A stretch of 64,000 bases of DNA from Candidatus Methanomethylicia archaeon. GTDB taxonomy: Archaea; Thermoproteota; Methanomethylicia; Nezhaarchaeales; B40-G2. Positions 48,849-57,569 of this stretch are shown piece by piece. The notes beneath the pieces were generated by a model. That model saw only the letters and a program-made list of their open reading frames with translations. It searched no databases and had not been told where the DNA came from. The translations under genes were made by a program, and so were the position numbers. The stretch spans positions 18,339-82,338 of the forward strand of contig JAPDJI010000004.1 of the NCBI GenBank assembly GCA_029259155.1, written 5' to 3'. The first letter of the stretch is position 1, and each line of letters begins with the position of its first letter.

Positions 48849-50653
48849 ATGTGTACTCGGAGTTCTTCCCCTATGATAACTTGCGTCCTGGCCAGAAAGA
48901 GCTTATTGATGCTGTACGGATGGCTATCATTAAGGGAGAGAACTTAGCGATCAATGCTCCTAGTGGTTTTGGTAAAACCATATCAACATTAGCCGCCGCC
49001 CTATCAGTGAGGTCTAGGATTTTATGGTTTACACGTACTCATAGGGAGGCCGAGAGGGTAGTTGAAGAAGCTCGCCTCTTAGCCTCTAAAAAAGGGGTTT
49101 CTCTAACTGCATTAGCACTTCAGTCAAGGGCTAGCTTATGCCCTATGAGTCAAGGTTTAACCCCTGAGGAAGCTTCAGTACTTTGTAAAGAACGCAGAAG
49201 CAGCTGTTTGTTTTACCGTAATTTCCTATCTTTCTTTGAGCCTCCGCCCTCCTTACTTTTAACTGCTAGCGAACTGTTCTCTTACTATATTCGTTCCTCC
49301 ATTTGCCCTTACTATGCTCAATTAAGCCTATGTGATGCGGTCGACATAGTGGCAGCGAGCTTCCCCTTCCTAGTCAATCCTTTTGCTAGAAGAATGTTAA
49401 GTTTCAGTCCTGTGGTCGTCGTGGTGATAGATGAGGTTCACGGCATGCCCGATGCTATAGCAGTACATCAGAGCTCTGAGGTAACTGCTAGGTCTCTTCG
49501 CCAGTCATTAGAAGAAGCCAGGCAATTAAATATAGGTAAGGCTTTAACCTCCTTCATAGAGTCTACCATCTCGCTCCTAGAGGACATAAAGGTTGAGGAA
49601 CTACGTAAACCATTAGAAGTGATCGAGCAACTTCAAGGAATTACAAACTATTCCCTCCACGTCATTACTGAATCCCTCTTATATTGGGGCGATGAATATA
49701 GAAGGGCTTTAGCAAGGAAAGGTGAAAGGCCTAGAAGTTCTCTCTATAATTTAGGCTATTTTCTCTCTAGGCTTTTATCTCACAGTGAAGGACAGGTCGT
49801 ATCTTTGGGGCAGGGACAAGCTAAGCTTCTCTGCCTAGACACTAAGCTATCTATGCCTACTGTCAGGTCAACTATCCTTATGAGCGGTACCATGGACCCC
49901 ATCCTCCTAGAGGAACTTGGGGTAAAAGCGTCCTTCATCGATCTTTCAAAGTACGCTTCCTATCGATGCAAAGTCTTCTTACTGGAAGATGTAACAAGCA
50001 GATTCAAGGAAAGGATGAAGAAGATGTATGAGGCTTATGCCAAGTACATAGAGCTTTTAGCATCCCTCCCCGTCAATATGGCCGTCTTTTTTCCAAGTTA
50101 TGAAGTACTAGCAAGAATACGTGAGGAGTTGAAGAGGATCAAGAAACCTATCTTCTCCGAGGAGGAGAAAATGCAAAGCTTGGAGCATGAAGCTATGTTG
50201 AAGGAGTTTAAATCACATGGAGGTAAAGGAGGAGCCATATACTTAGGGGTCTGTGGTGGTAGGGCTAGTGAAGGAGTAGATTTTCCAGGAAAGGAGCTTG
50301 ACGTAGTTTTCATAGCTGGTATACCCTTTGAGGAGCCCTCTCAGTTAGTTGAAGCCAAGCTGAGTTATTATGCTGAAAAACATGGAGAGAAAGGTTATGT
50401 GCTTGCGTATATTGTACCTGCTACGCGTAAGGTTGCCCAAGCGGTTGGAAGAGCTTTTAGAGGGCCTGGAGATACAGGGATCGTTGTCCTAGGAGATAAG
50501 CGTTTCAAGAATTTAATGAAATTTCTACCTCAATGGTTGGGAAGGTTTGAGACCATTAAATGGAGTACAAGATCCTCCATGCTTATAAAGGCGGCTTCTA
50601 TGTTAGGTATAGAGGTATCAGGGAGGGAGACTAACGGAGTGGAAGGAGGATAA
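48842..50653 (+). CDS. xpd: XPD/Rad3-family 5'-3' DNA helicase with Fe-S domain
   Basis: Has FPYDNLRPGQKELIDAV, Walker A APSGFGKT, a four-Cys Fe-S cluster insert (CPMSQG...C...C...CPYY), a DEVH box and C-terminal helicase motifs. Confidence 0.75.
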   Translation: MLNVYSEFFPYDNLRPGQKELIDAVRMAIIKGENLAINAPSGFGKTISTLAAALSVRSRILWFTRTHREAERVVEEARLLASKKGVSLTALALQSRASLCPMSQGLTPEEASVLCKERRSSCLFYRNFLSFFEPPPSLLLTASELFSYYIRSSICPYYAQLSLCDAVDIVAASFPFLVNPFARRMLSFSPVVVVVIDEVHGMPDAIAVHQSSEVTARSLRQSLEEARQLNIGKALTSFIESTISLLEDIKVEELRKPLEVIEQLQGITNYSLHVITESLLYWGDEYRRALARKGERPRSSLYNLGYFLSRLLSHSEGQVVSLGQGQAKLLCLDTKLSMPTVRSTILMSGTMDPILLEELGVKASFIDLSKYASYRCKVFLLEDVTSRFKERMKKMYEAYAKYIELLASLPVNMAVFFPSYEVLARIREELKRIKKPIFSEEEKMQSLEHEAMLKEFKSHGGKGGAIYLGVCGGRASEGVDFPGKELDVVFIAGIPFEEPSQLVEAKLSYYAEKHGEKGYVLAYIVPATRKVAQAVGRAFRGPGDTGIVVLGDKRFKNLMKFLPQWLGRFETIKWSTRSSMLIKAASMLGIEVSGRETNGVEGG

Positions 50654-50663
50654 GCCTCGAGCT

Positions 50664-51224
50664 ATTGTTATTACCGGAACACCTGGGACAGGTAAAACCT
50701 CATTGGGTAAGGGGCTGGCTGAGGCCTTCTCTTTGATGCACGTGGATGTTCCTCTGCTAGTTGAAAAAGAAGGATTGTATAGTGATGTTGATCGCGATAG
50801 GGGATCAAAAGTTGTATCGCTCAGTAAGCTAAGACGCAGGCTACACGGCTTGCTCATGGAGACTGGCGGGCTTGTAGCATCTTCTCACGTTCCTGACGTC
50901 CTACCTAGTAGGGATGTAGACTACGTCCTCGTATTGAGAATTGACCCGAGGGCTCTCCTACACCGTTTACTAAGTAGAGGTTGGCCTGAGGGTAAAGTGA
51001 AGGAGAATGTAGCTTCTGAAGCGTTGGGTATCTGTCTAGCTCAGGCCCTTGACTACTATGGTGAGGTCAAGGTCTACGAGCTCGACGTGACAAATAAGTC
51101 GTTAGAAGACGTATTGGAGGAGGCCACTAAGATGATTAAAGGCGAGGTTAAGAAGACTACTATTGACTGGTTGGCTAAAGCTGAGGAAGATGAAGATCTT
51201 GCTAGCTTATTGGCTAGTTGTTAA
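50664..51224 (+). CDS. Fap7/adenylate kinase 6-like nucleoside kinase; the start codon is uncertain
   Basis: The frame is open from 50613. It encodes (A)[16 protein letters not shown]... (P-loop), [24 protein letters not shown] and ENVASEA. There is no ATG, GTG or TTG upstream of the P-loop; ATT at 50664 is the best candidate. The ORF-track TTG at 50703 would delete the P-loop. Confidence 0.55.
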   Translation: MVITGTPGTGKTSLGKGLAEAFSLMHVDVPLLVEKEGLYSDVDRDRGSKVVSLSKLRRRLHGLLMETGGLVASSHVPDVLPSRDVDYVLVLRIDPRALLHRLLSRGWPEGKVKENVASEALGICLAQALDYYGEVKVYELDVTNKSLEDVLEEATKMIKGEVKKTTIDWLAKAEEDEDLASLLASC

Positions 51225-51445
51225 CGCCCTAGCCACTTTAAGGCTCTTTTAGCGGCTAAGTTGATGTCTTCGGCCGTGACCGTCTTTCTACCTGCATGCT
51301 TAGCTAGCTCTACGGCTTCCCCAGCAATATCGAAAGCTATGGTTTCAAGTACCTGTCCAAGCGCTTTGACCGCCTCATCACTAACCCTCTCAGCTCCAGC
51401 TTTACGGATTACTCTATCGATTGGTGCTAAGGGAAGCTCCGGCAT
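51221..51445 (-). CDS. archaeal histone (HMf-like histone fold)
   Basis: [63 protein letters not shown] matches HMfB-type histones. Confidence 0.8.
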   Translation of the reverse strand: MPELPLAPIDRVIRKAGAERVSDEAVKALGQVLETIAFDIAGEAVELAKHAGRKTVTAEDINLAAKRALKWLGR

Positions 51446-51547
51446 TGCCTTCCCCCTCATGGAGGATGTTCTAGATCTTCCTCTTTAACTTTTAGCTAGT
51501 GCGAGGAGGGTTTAAATAAGGCTTTAGCTTCGCCTAAGGGGAGGCGC

Positions 51548-51784
51548 ATGGGTAAGGTTAGATCTGGCGTAGTTAAAAGCATGGCTAGACGTCTCCTTAC
51601 ACTCTACGGCGATAGATTTACCTCCAACTTTGAGGAAAACAAACGCCTTGTATCAGAGTTAACTACCATAAGGGCTAAACACCTAAGGAATAGGGTAGCT
51701 GGATATATTACAAGACTAGTTAAAATGAGGAGTTTCAAGGAGGAGCCTAGGGAAGAAGCGGAGCAGAACGCTTCGAGCTCCTAG
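51548..51784 (+). CDS. rps17e: ribosomal protein S17e
   Basis: MGKVRSGVVKSMARRLLTLYGDRFTSNFEENKRLV....RNRVAGYITRL matches S17e. Confidence 0.85.
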   Translation: MGKVRSGVVKSMARRLLTLYGDRFTSNFEENKRLVSELTTIRAKHLRNRVAGYITRLVKMRSFKEEPREEAEQNASSS

Positions 51785-52977
51785 TGGAGCTTCAAGTATA
51801 ATCTTCTTCGAAAAGCTGTATTGAAGAGGGTTTCTACCGTCTTATTGACCTTATCCGCCTTGAGATGAGCCACTATCCTGAACTCTTCTATTTCTATCTT
51901 ATCTGGTCTCTTCCCCAGGAGAAGATTGAGGGCCTCTTTGACGTCTTCCTTGTCCACCGGTGGGAGATGTTCTTTGCACTTAACGGGGCATTTCTCATAA
52001 CAAAGCTGACTGGTGAAGCATAGCCCAGCGCAAGGCAGCCTCTTTCCTGTTTTAAGCATGTATGAGAAAGTTGTGGCACAGCAAGCGCTACGTAGGGGCA
52101 TCAACCCTACCTCTTCGGCTATCTCGATTGCTTTTTTCTTGAGGTTGGAGGAGGGGACGTCGATAAGCCTCCTCCCTCCAACTTCTTTGGGAAGCTTCTC
52201 CTCGATAATGTGGGTGTTTAAACCCATAGTCTTGAGTCTACGCAGTATCCTTTCAGAAACCCTTAAGCCACCTATGACCACTCCCATGGCTCCAGCTCTT
52301 TTTGCCTCATTCATGAGATCTTCCAGCTCATCCTCAACTAAGCCAGGTATAAGTGGTCTTAGGAAAAGGAAGGCAGGGACTCCCTCCCTTCTCAGCTTTC
52401 TTAAGGTGTCAAATCTATCTTCAGGAGAAGGCGCTGAAGGCTCTAGGGCTCTATGGTGTCTCAAGGTGATTACAGTTACCAAGACATTGACTTGAACCCC
52501 TTTCAATCTCGCTAGGTTTTTTACCACCTCGTCGCTGACGCTTGACTTTGTTGATAACTGACAGAGGTTACCGAGCTTTTCACCTACTTCATGAAGGTAT
52601 TCAAGGGTCTTTCCCGTACAGTCTCCGTGAAGGGGCTCACAAACGCTACCGAAAGCTAAGTAGGTCCCCCACACTCCAGGAAGAAATCTTGGGTTCATTA
52701 ATATGGCATATGTCCATTCGGAGCCTGACAAGGCATAGGGATGCGCTCTTCCTCGAGGGAAACCTAGCTCCTCTATGTAACAGTAGAGGCAGGAGAAGGG
52801 GCAACCTACACATGTGTGGACAGTCAAACCGCAAGGCCTTGGAGGCCGCTTTGCATGTCCGTCGCCTCTAGCTTTACGCTGCCTCCAGCTCTCTAGCTCT
52901 TTTTCAAGGGACTTAACTAGTGCTTTCTTTAGGGCTAAAGCCCTCTTAAGCGCTATTAACCCTCCTATCTCGCTCAA
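51781..52977 (-). CDS. radical SAM protein, SplB/COG1533-like ('DNA repair photolyase' family)
   Basis: Has CPFSCLYCY (CxxxCxxC followed by Y). 398 aa with a Cys-rich C-terminus. Confidence 0.55.
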   Translation of the reverse strand: MSEIGGLIALKRALALKKALVKSLEKELESWRQRKARGDGHAKRPPRPCGLTVHTCVGCPFSCLYCYIEELGFPRGRAHPYALSGSEWTYAILMNPRFLPGVWGTYLAFGSVCEPLHGDCTGKTLEYLHEVGEKLGNLCQLSTKSSVSDEVVKNLARLKGVQVNVLVTVITLRHHRALEPSAPSPEDRFDTLRKLRREGVPAFLFLRPLIPGLVEDELEDLMNEAKRAGAMGVVIGGLRVSERILRRLKTMGLNTHIIEEKLPKEVGGRRLIDVPSSNLKKKAIEIAEEVGLMPLRSACCATTFSYMLKTGKRLPCAGLCFTSQLCYEKCPVKCKEHLPPVDKEDVKEALNLLLGKRPDKIEIEEFRIVAHLKADKVNKTVETLFNTAFRRRLYLKLH

Positions 52978-53055
52978 GCTTTCCCGAAAGGCTATTTAGC
53001 CCGTGCCTAATTATGGTTTATGGAATGAAGAGGTTGACCTGCTCTGAGACCTTAG

Positions 53056-53970
53056 TTGATGATGATATGTACCTCCTCTGACCTGGTGATGGATGTGAAG
53101 GTTAAGCTAAGGTTTATGGCAGTATTAAAACCTCTGGCCAAAAACCCTGTCTACGAACTTGAGATCGAAGACGGGGCTACTCTAAGCGTCCTTTTAAAGA
53201 AGCTTATCCAAGAGGAGCGTAAAGAGCTTCTAGCAAGGCTTCTGGATCCCTCAGAGGCCTCTCTACAATCTGACATATTGGTGCTCATAAATGGAATTGA
53301 AATAAGTGCTCTCGAAGGATTAAACACTAAGTTAAGGGATGGTGATGAAGTCGTGTTCTTGCCTACGGTACATGGAGGAAGCTTGGAGTTTGTTGCTCCT
53401 TGGTGGGATGAATTTTACTTTAAGATTCTTAGGCTGGCTGATTTGATCGAGGCTTCAGGCTTTAAACCTGACATCATAGTGGGAGTTGCTAGAGGAGGTT
53501 GGATAGTAGCTAGATTACTCTCCGATTTTCTTGACAACCCTAACGTCGTCAACGTTAAGGTGGAATTTTACCGCGGGGTAGCCGAGACCATGGAGGAACC
53601 TAAAATTTCTCAGCCTCTATCAGCCTCAGTTAAAGGATGCAAGGTGCTTATAGCGGATGATGTAGCTGATACGGGTAAGTCGCTTGAAGTTGTAAAGAGA
53701 CATGTGGAGGAGAAGGGGGCCTCAGAGGTCAAGATAGCTACGGTCTACTATAAGCCGTGGTCTATCATTAAGCCAGACTTTTATGTTGATGAAACAACCT
53801 GTTGGGTGATTTTTCCACACGAAGTGAAGGAAACCATGACTAAGCTCCTAACTAGGTGGTTAAGCGAAGGGATAAGTGTTGAAGAGGCTAAAGAAAAACT
53901 GCTTAAAAGCGGAATCAAACTCGAGGTGCTTGAAGCCCTTCTCCCCAAAGTATTAAGTAAGCTTAGCTGA
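53056..53970 (+). CDS. MoaD/ThiS-like ubiquitin-fold domain fused to a type I purine phosphoribosyltransferase
   Basis: The N-terminal roughly 95 aa have a beta-grasp pattern ending ...DGDEVVFLPTVHGG and continue in-frame into a PRTase with the PRPP motif VLIADDVADTGKS. The probable start is the Met at 53089. Confidence 0.55.
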   Translation: MMMICTSSDLVMDVKVKLRFMAVLKPLAKNPVYELEIEDGATLSVLLKKLIQEERKELLARLLDPSEASLQSDILVLINGIEISALEGLNTKLRDGDEVVFLPTVHGGSLEFVAPWWDEFYFKILRLADLIEASGFKPDIIVGVARGGWIVARLLSDFLDNPNVVNVKVEFYRGVAETMEEPKISQPLSASVKGCKVLIADDVADTGKSLEVVKRHVEEKGASEVKIATVYYKPWSIIKPDFYVDETTCWVIFPHEVKETMTKLLTRWLSEGISVEEAKEKLLKSGIKLEVLEALLPKVLSKLS

Positions 53971-54564
53971 GTGGCGAGGTGCTTGAAGCTCTTTCAGCTT
54001 GAAGACCCTATACTAGGTAAGGTTGTTGTTGCAGCAGCTGGGGTTAGAGTCGTCAGTCCTCTACGTCCTGACGACGTACTTAAGGTGGTTAAAGGTAAGG
54101 GCGGTATAATATGTCAGATATTTGACTACTTAGCGGTGGCTTCGTGGAGGCATCTCCTACACGCCTCGATTTTAGCGTTAAAAGCTTTGAGGGAAGGACG
54201 GATGCTTGCTCGAGATTTAGGGATCGAGATCTTACTTTACGTTGCAGGTGAGAGACAGATTAGGGAGGCCATAAGTAAGGTGGGAATCAAGGAGGATTCG
54301 AGAGGCATAGTGATCTTATACTTCGCGAGGGATAGGGAAGAGGCTGAACGATTATTCGATGAAGTGGTAAAGGAGCTTGGAGGTCTGCTTGATGATTCAT
54401 TAATTGAAATCTCTGAGGATAAGATGGAGGAATTGAAACGGCGCTTCTCTATATGTGAGGAGGAGCTTAAGGCTTCAGTTGCTGAAGGTGAAGATGAGCT
54501 GAAAGCCTTAATTAAATGCGTCTTGAGCAGGGTTGCTGAAATAGATATAAAGAAAGAAGCTTAG
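53971..54564 (+). CDS. cgi121: KEOPS subunit Cgi121-like protein
   Basis: 197 aa. The helical pattern with ILLYVAGERQIREAISKVGI fits Cgi121. Confidence 0.5.
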   Translation: MARCLKLFQLEDPILGKVVVAAAGVRVVSPLRPDDVLKVVKGKGGIICQIFDYLAVASWRHLLHASILALKALREGRMLARDLGIEILLYVAGERQIREAISKVGIKEDSRGIVILYFARDREEAERLFDEVVKELGGLLDDSLIEISEDKMEELKRRFSICEEELKASVAEGEDELKALIKCVLSRVAEIDIKKEA

Positions 54565-55085
54565 CGTCCCAGAAGCTTGACTATCGACACGACCTCTTCA
54601 GGTTTAAGGACAGAGATACCAGTGACATCAGCTAAAACTTCAACCTGGACCACTCTGTCTGGATTGGTTAAATCCACTTTCCTAGAGATTCTCGAAGCAA
54701 TAGCCTCTATAATATCATGGGTCCTTAGAGCAGTGGCCCTTTTATTGACGGTAACTCTAAAGGACTCATCGATGGGTATCTTACGCTCAGCTAGTTCACT
54801 AGCTGCCTTAGAGATCTCTTCTAAGGAGGTTGGCACGACTACCTCTATTGGCGTAAGCTTAAGTACGTACCTAAAGTCCCATGGCCTCTCCTTGGCCATG
54901 GCCTCGAGCTTACGTACAGCCTCAAAGGGATCAAGCTTAGTTTTCACGGTCACAAGACCAGAGGTTCTTGTTTTTTGCGCCTCTGCTTGGTCATCTCCAA
55001 TCTCTCTAAAAAGATACCAAAGTTCGCTGACACAGTCGTTTTCTCTATTTCGATAAGTTGAGATCAGGAGATTGAACCTCTGCAT
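54561..55085 (-). CDS. THUMP domain protein
   Basis: 174 aa. Has FRVTVNKR....DLTNPDRVVQVEV. Confidence 0.55.
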   Translation of the reverse strand: MQRFNLLISTYRNRENDCVSELWYLFREIGDDQAEAQKTRTSGLVTVKTKLDPFEAVRKLEAMAKERPWDFRYVLKLTPIEVVVPTSLEEISKAASELAERKIPIDESFRVTVNKRATALRTHDIIEAIASRISRKVDLTNPDRVVQVEVLADVTGISVLKPEEVVSIVKLLGR

Positions 55086-55165
55086 AGGTCTTCAGCTTAG
55101 CTTTGGTAACTTAAGCTTTAAGCGTTGCCTTCTAATAAGGTGTAAGACTTTTTTACTCAAAAAGT

Positions 55166-55173
55166 TTTAAATA
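55166..55173 (+). promoter_or_regulatory. TATA-box-like element (TTTAAATA) with an upstream purine-rich BRE-like tract
   Basis: It lies about 38 nt upstream of the micro-ORF ATG at 55211 and about 170 nt upstream of the abcE1 ATG. Confidence 0.4.
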
Positions 55174-55210
55174 ATGTGGACTCCCGAAGCCCTTTTCGAG
55201 GTGTAACCTT

Positions 55211-55282
55211 ATGTTTGAAGAGGAATGGGAGGAGGAGTGGGAGGAAGAGTGGGAAGAAGAGGAGTGGGAAGAAGAGTGGTGA
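55211..55282 (+). other. 23-codon micro-ORF MFEEEW(EEEW)n built from a 12-nt GAG/GAA/TGG tandem repeat
   Basis: Read directly: atg ttt gaa gag gaa tgg gag gag gag tgg gag gaa gag tgg gaa gaa gag gag tgg gaa gaa gag tgg tga. Confidence 0.4.
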
Positions 55283-55342
55283 AGGCTCCTCCTTTTTACT
55301 AAAAGTTTTCACTATCATCTAAATCTTTTAGAGGGGTAGAGC

Positions 55343-57145
55343 ATGGCTAGAATAGCGGTCCTTGACAGGGACCGCTGTAAACCTTCGAAGTGCTCGCAGG
55401 AATGTTACAGGTTTTGTCCTAGAGTCAGGATTGGGGATAAAACTATAACGTTTGAGGACCCCTCAGGGAAGCCTAGGATCTCAGAGGAACTATGTTCTGG
55501 CTGCGGCATATGTGTTAAGAAATGTCCATTCAAAGCTCTCTGGATTGTTAATCTCCCCGAGGAATTAGAGGGAGAATGTTCTTTTAGTTACGGTGTCAAC
55601 GCCTTCAGGCTCTATCGACTACCAGTTCCTAAAGAAGGCTCTGTTCTAGGCCTAATAGGCCAAAACGGTGTTGGAAAATCCACTGCACTTCGAATACTAG
55701 CAGGTGAGTTAAAGCCTAACTTAGGTCTTTCCGAAAACCCTCCAAGCTGGGAGGAGGTTATTGATCGATTTAAGGGCTCTGAGCTTCAGGGCTACTTGAC
55801 GAAGCTCTCGAGGAGGGAGCTTAAAGCGGTACATAAACCTCAATATGTTGATAAGATACCTAAGTTTGTTAAGGGGAAAGTCGGATCGCTGCTGGAGAAG
55901 GTTAATGAGAGAGGGATAATCGACCGCGCCATAGAGGAGCTTGAACTAAAAGAAATTTGGGAAAGAGATGTTAGCCAGTTGAGTGGCGGTGAGCTGCAGA
56001 GAGTAGCTATAGCAGCGGCTATATTGAGGGAGGCTGACATCTACTTATTTGATGAACCTTCCAGTTACCTAGATGTTAGGCAAAGGATGAAGGCCGCTAA
56101 GTTCATCAGATCGTTGGTCTCAGAGGGTAAGATTGTGGTGGTCGTTGAACATGACCTGGCCATCTTAGACTACCTATCGGATCATATATGCGTCCTTTAC
56201 GGTAAACCAGGGGTCTATGGAGTAATTTCTCACCCGTACTCCGTTAGGGTGGGGATCAATGTCTATCTTGACGGCTATCTACCCGATGAAAACATGCGGT
56301 TGAGAACTGAGCCCGTTAGGTTTAGAGTTAAGCCTGCCCCTATGGAGCAAAAGTTTGAGGTTCCTCTAATAAAATGGGGAGAGATGTCGAAGAAGCTGGG
56401 TACTTTCACTCTGAAAGTTGAAGGAGGAGTTCTACATAAAGGTGAGGTAGCCTGTGCCTTGGGTCCCAACGGTATAGGTAAGACCACGTTTGTGAAACTG
56501 TTAGCAGGCTCTTTGGAACCTGATGAAGGCTTTGCGCCAACGAGCTTATTTGGGCTTAAGGTTAGCCATAAGCCTCAATACCTCACCGAGCTACCTCTTG
56601 AAGGAAACGTTGAAACAGCTCTAAGGGAGGTTGTAGGCTCTGAGCTTTATTCTTCATGGTTTCAGGCAGACGTTATTAGGCCTCTAGGTGTAGATCAATT
56701 AATGGATAGAGACGTTGAAGAGCTAAGTGGTGGCGAGTTGCAGCGAGTGGCCATAACAGCATGTTTAGGAGCCGATTCTCACGTGTATCTCTTGGACGAG
56801 CCCTCAGCTTACTTAGACATAGAGCAAAGGTTGGCCATGGTTAAGGCGGTGAAGAGAGTGGTAGAAAATAGGGGGGCTGTTGCGTTAGTGGTAGAGCATG
56901 ATGTAATGGTGGCTGACTCTCTCGCTGACGTCATCATACTATTTAGCGGCTTCCCAGGCTTGGAGGGTCACGCCTTCTCTCCCATGGGGTTAAGGAAGGC
57001 CTTCAACTCCTTTCTAAAAGACCTAGACATTACCTTTAGAAGGGACCCACAGACTGGCAGAGCAAGAGTTAACAAACCAGGCTCCTACCTGGACAGGACG
57101 CAGAAGGCTATAGGAGAGTATTACTATGAGCCTCAAGGAGCTTAA
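55343..57145 (+). CDS. abcE1: ABCE1 / RNase L inhibitor (ribosome recycling factor)
   Basis: Has an N-terminal 4Fe-4S ferredoxin domain (CKPSKCSQECYRFCP; CSGCGICVKKCP) plus two ABC cassettes (GQNGVGKST, LSGGELQRV twice). Confidence 0.9.
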   Translation: MARIAVLDRDRCKPSKCSQECYRFCPRVRIGDKTITFEDPSGKPRISEELCSGCGICVKKCPFKALWIVNLPEELEGECSFSYGVNAFRLYRLPVPKEGSVLGLIGQNGVGKSTALRILAGELKPNLGLSENPPSWEEVIDRFKGSELQGYLTKLSRRELKAVHKPQYVDKIPKFVKGKVGSLLEKVNERGIIDRAIEELELKEIWERDVSQLSGGELQRVAIAAAILREADIYLFDEPSSYLDVRQRMKAAKFIRSLVSEGKIVVVVEHDLAILDYLSDHICVLYGKPGVYGVISHPYSVRVGINVYLDGYLPDENMRLRTEPVRFRVKPAPMEQKFEVPLIKWGEMSKKLGTFTLKVEGGVLHKGEVACALGPNGIGKTTFVKLLAGSLEPDEGFAPTSLFGLKVSHKPQYLTELPLEGNVETALREVVGSELYSSWFQADVIRPLGVDQLMDRDVEELSGGELQRVAITACLGADSHVYLLDEPSAYLDIEQRLAMVKAVKRVVENRGAVALVVEHDVMVADSLADVIILFSGFPGLEGHAFSPMGLRKAFNSFLKDLDITFRRDPQTGRARVNKPGSYLDRTQKAIGEYYYEPQGA

Positions 57146-57492
57146 AGTTCCTTGACCACTTTCTCCATAGCTTCTACGGCCTCAGCAGGTATGCTACGTC
57201 TAGTTGATATCAATAGATGTTTGTCCTTGGCTTGGAGTATGAATAACTTCATTTTCTCGTAGCTAACCATAATATGTTTAATATCTCCCCCATACTCTTT
57301 GGTCTTCTCGAATATGCCGCTGATAACGGCTGCGGCCACTCCAGCTATCTGTTCCACGATTTCAGGGGGCCAAGTATACTTGGCTCGAGAACAAACTTCG
57401 AGCACAGAGCCTTCTTTATCAGCTATCACGACGTGCCTTATATCATCATGAATGTTGAATAGTTTATTGCAAACTTCTTTGAGGGTCTTCAA
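57142..57492 (-). CDS. Roadblock/LC7-domain protein
   Basis: 116 aa with a fold-consistent pattern. It is operonic with abcE1 on the opposite strand end. Confidence 0.5.
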   Translation of the reverse strand: MKTLKEVCNKLFNIHDDIRHVVIADKEGSVLEVCSRAKYTWPPEIVEQIAGVAAAVISGIFEKTKEYGGDIKHIMVSYEKMKLFILQAKDKHLLISTRRSIPAEAVEAMEKVVKEL

Positions 57493-57569
57493 AGGTCATT
57501 CCCCATGAAGCTTTAAGCCTATAAACTTATATCTCTTTTGGTAATCAAAAATCAAAGAGGTGTATTTGG

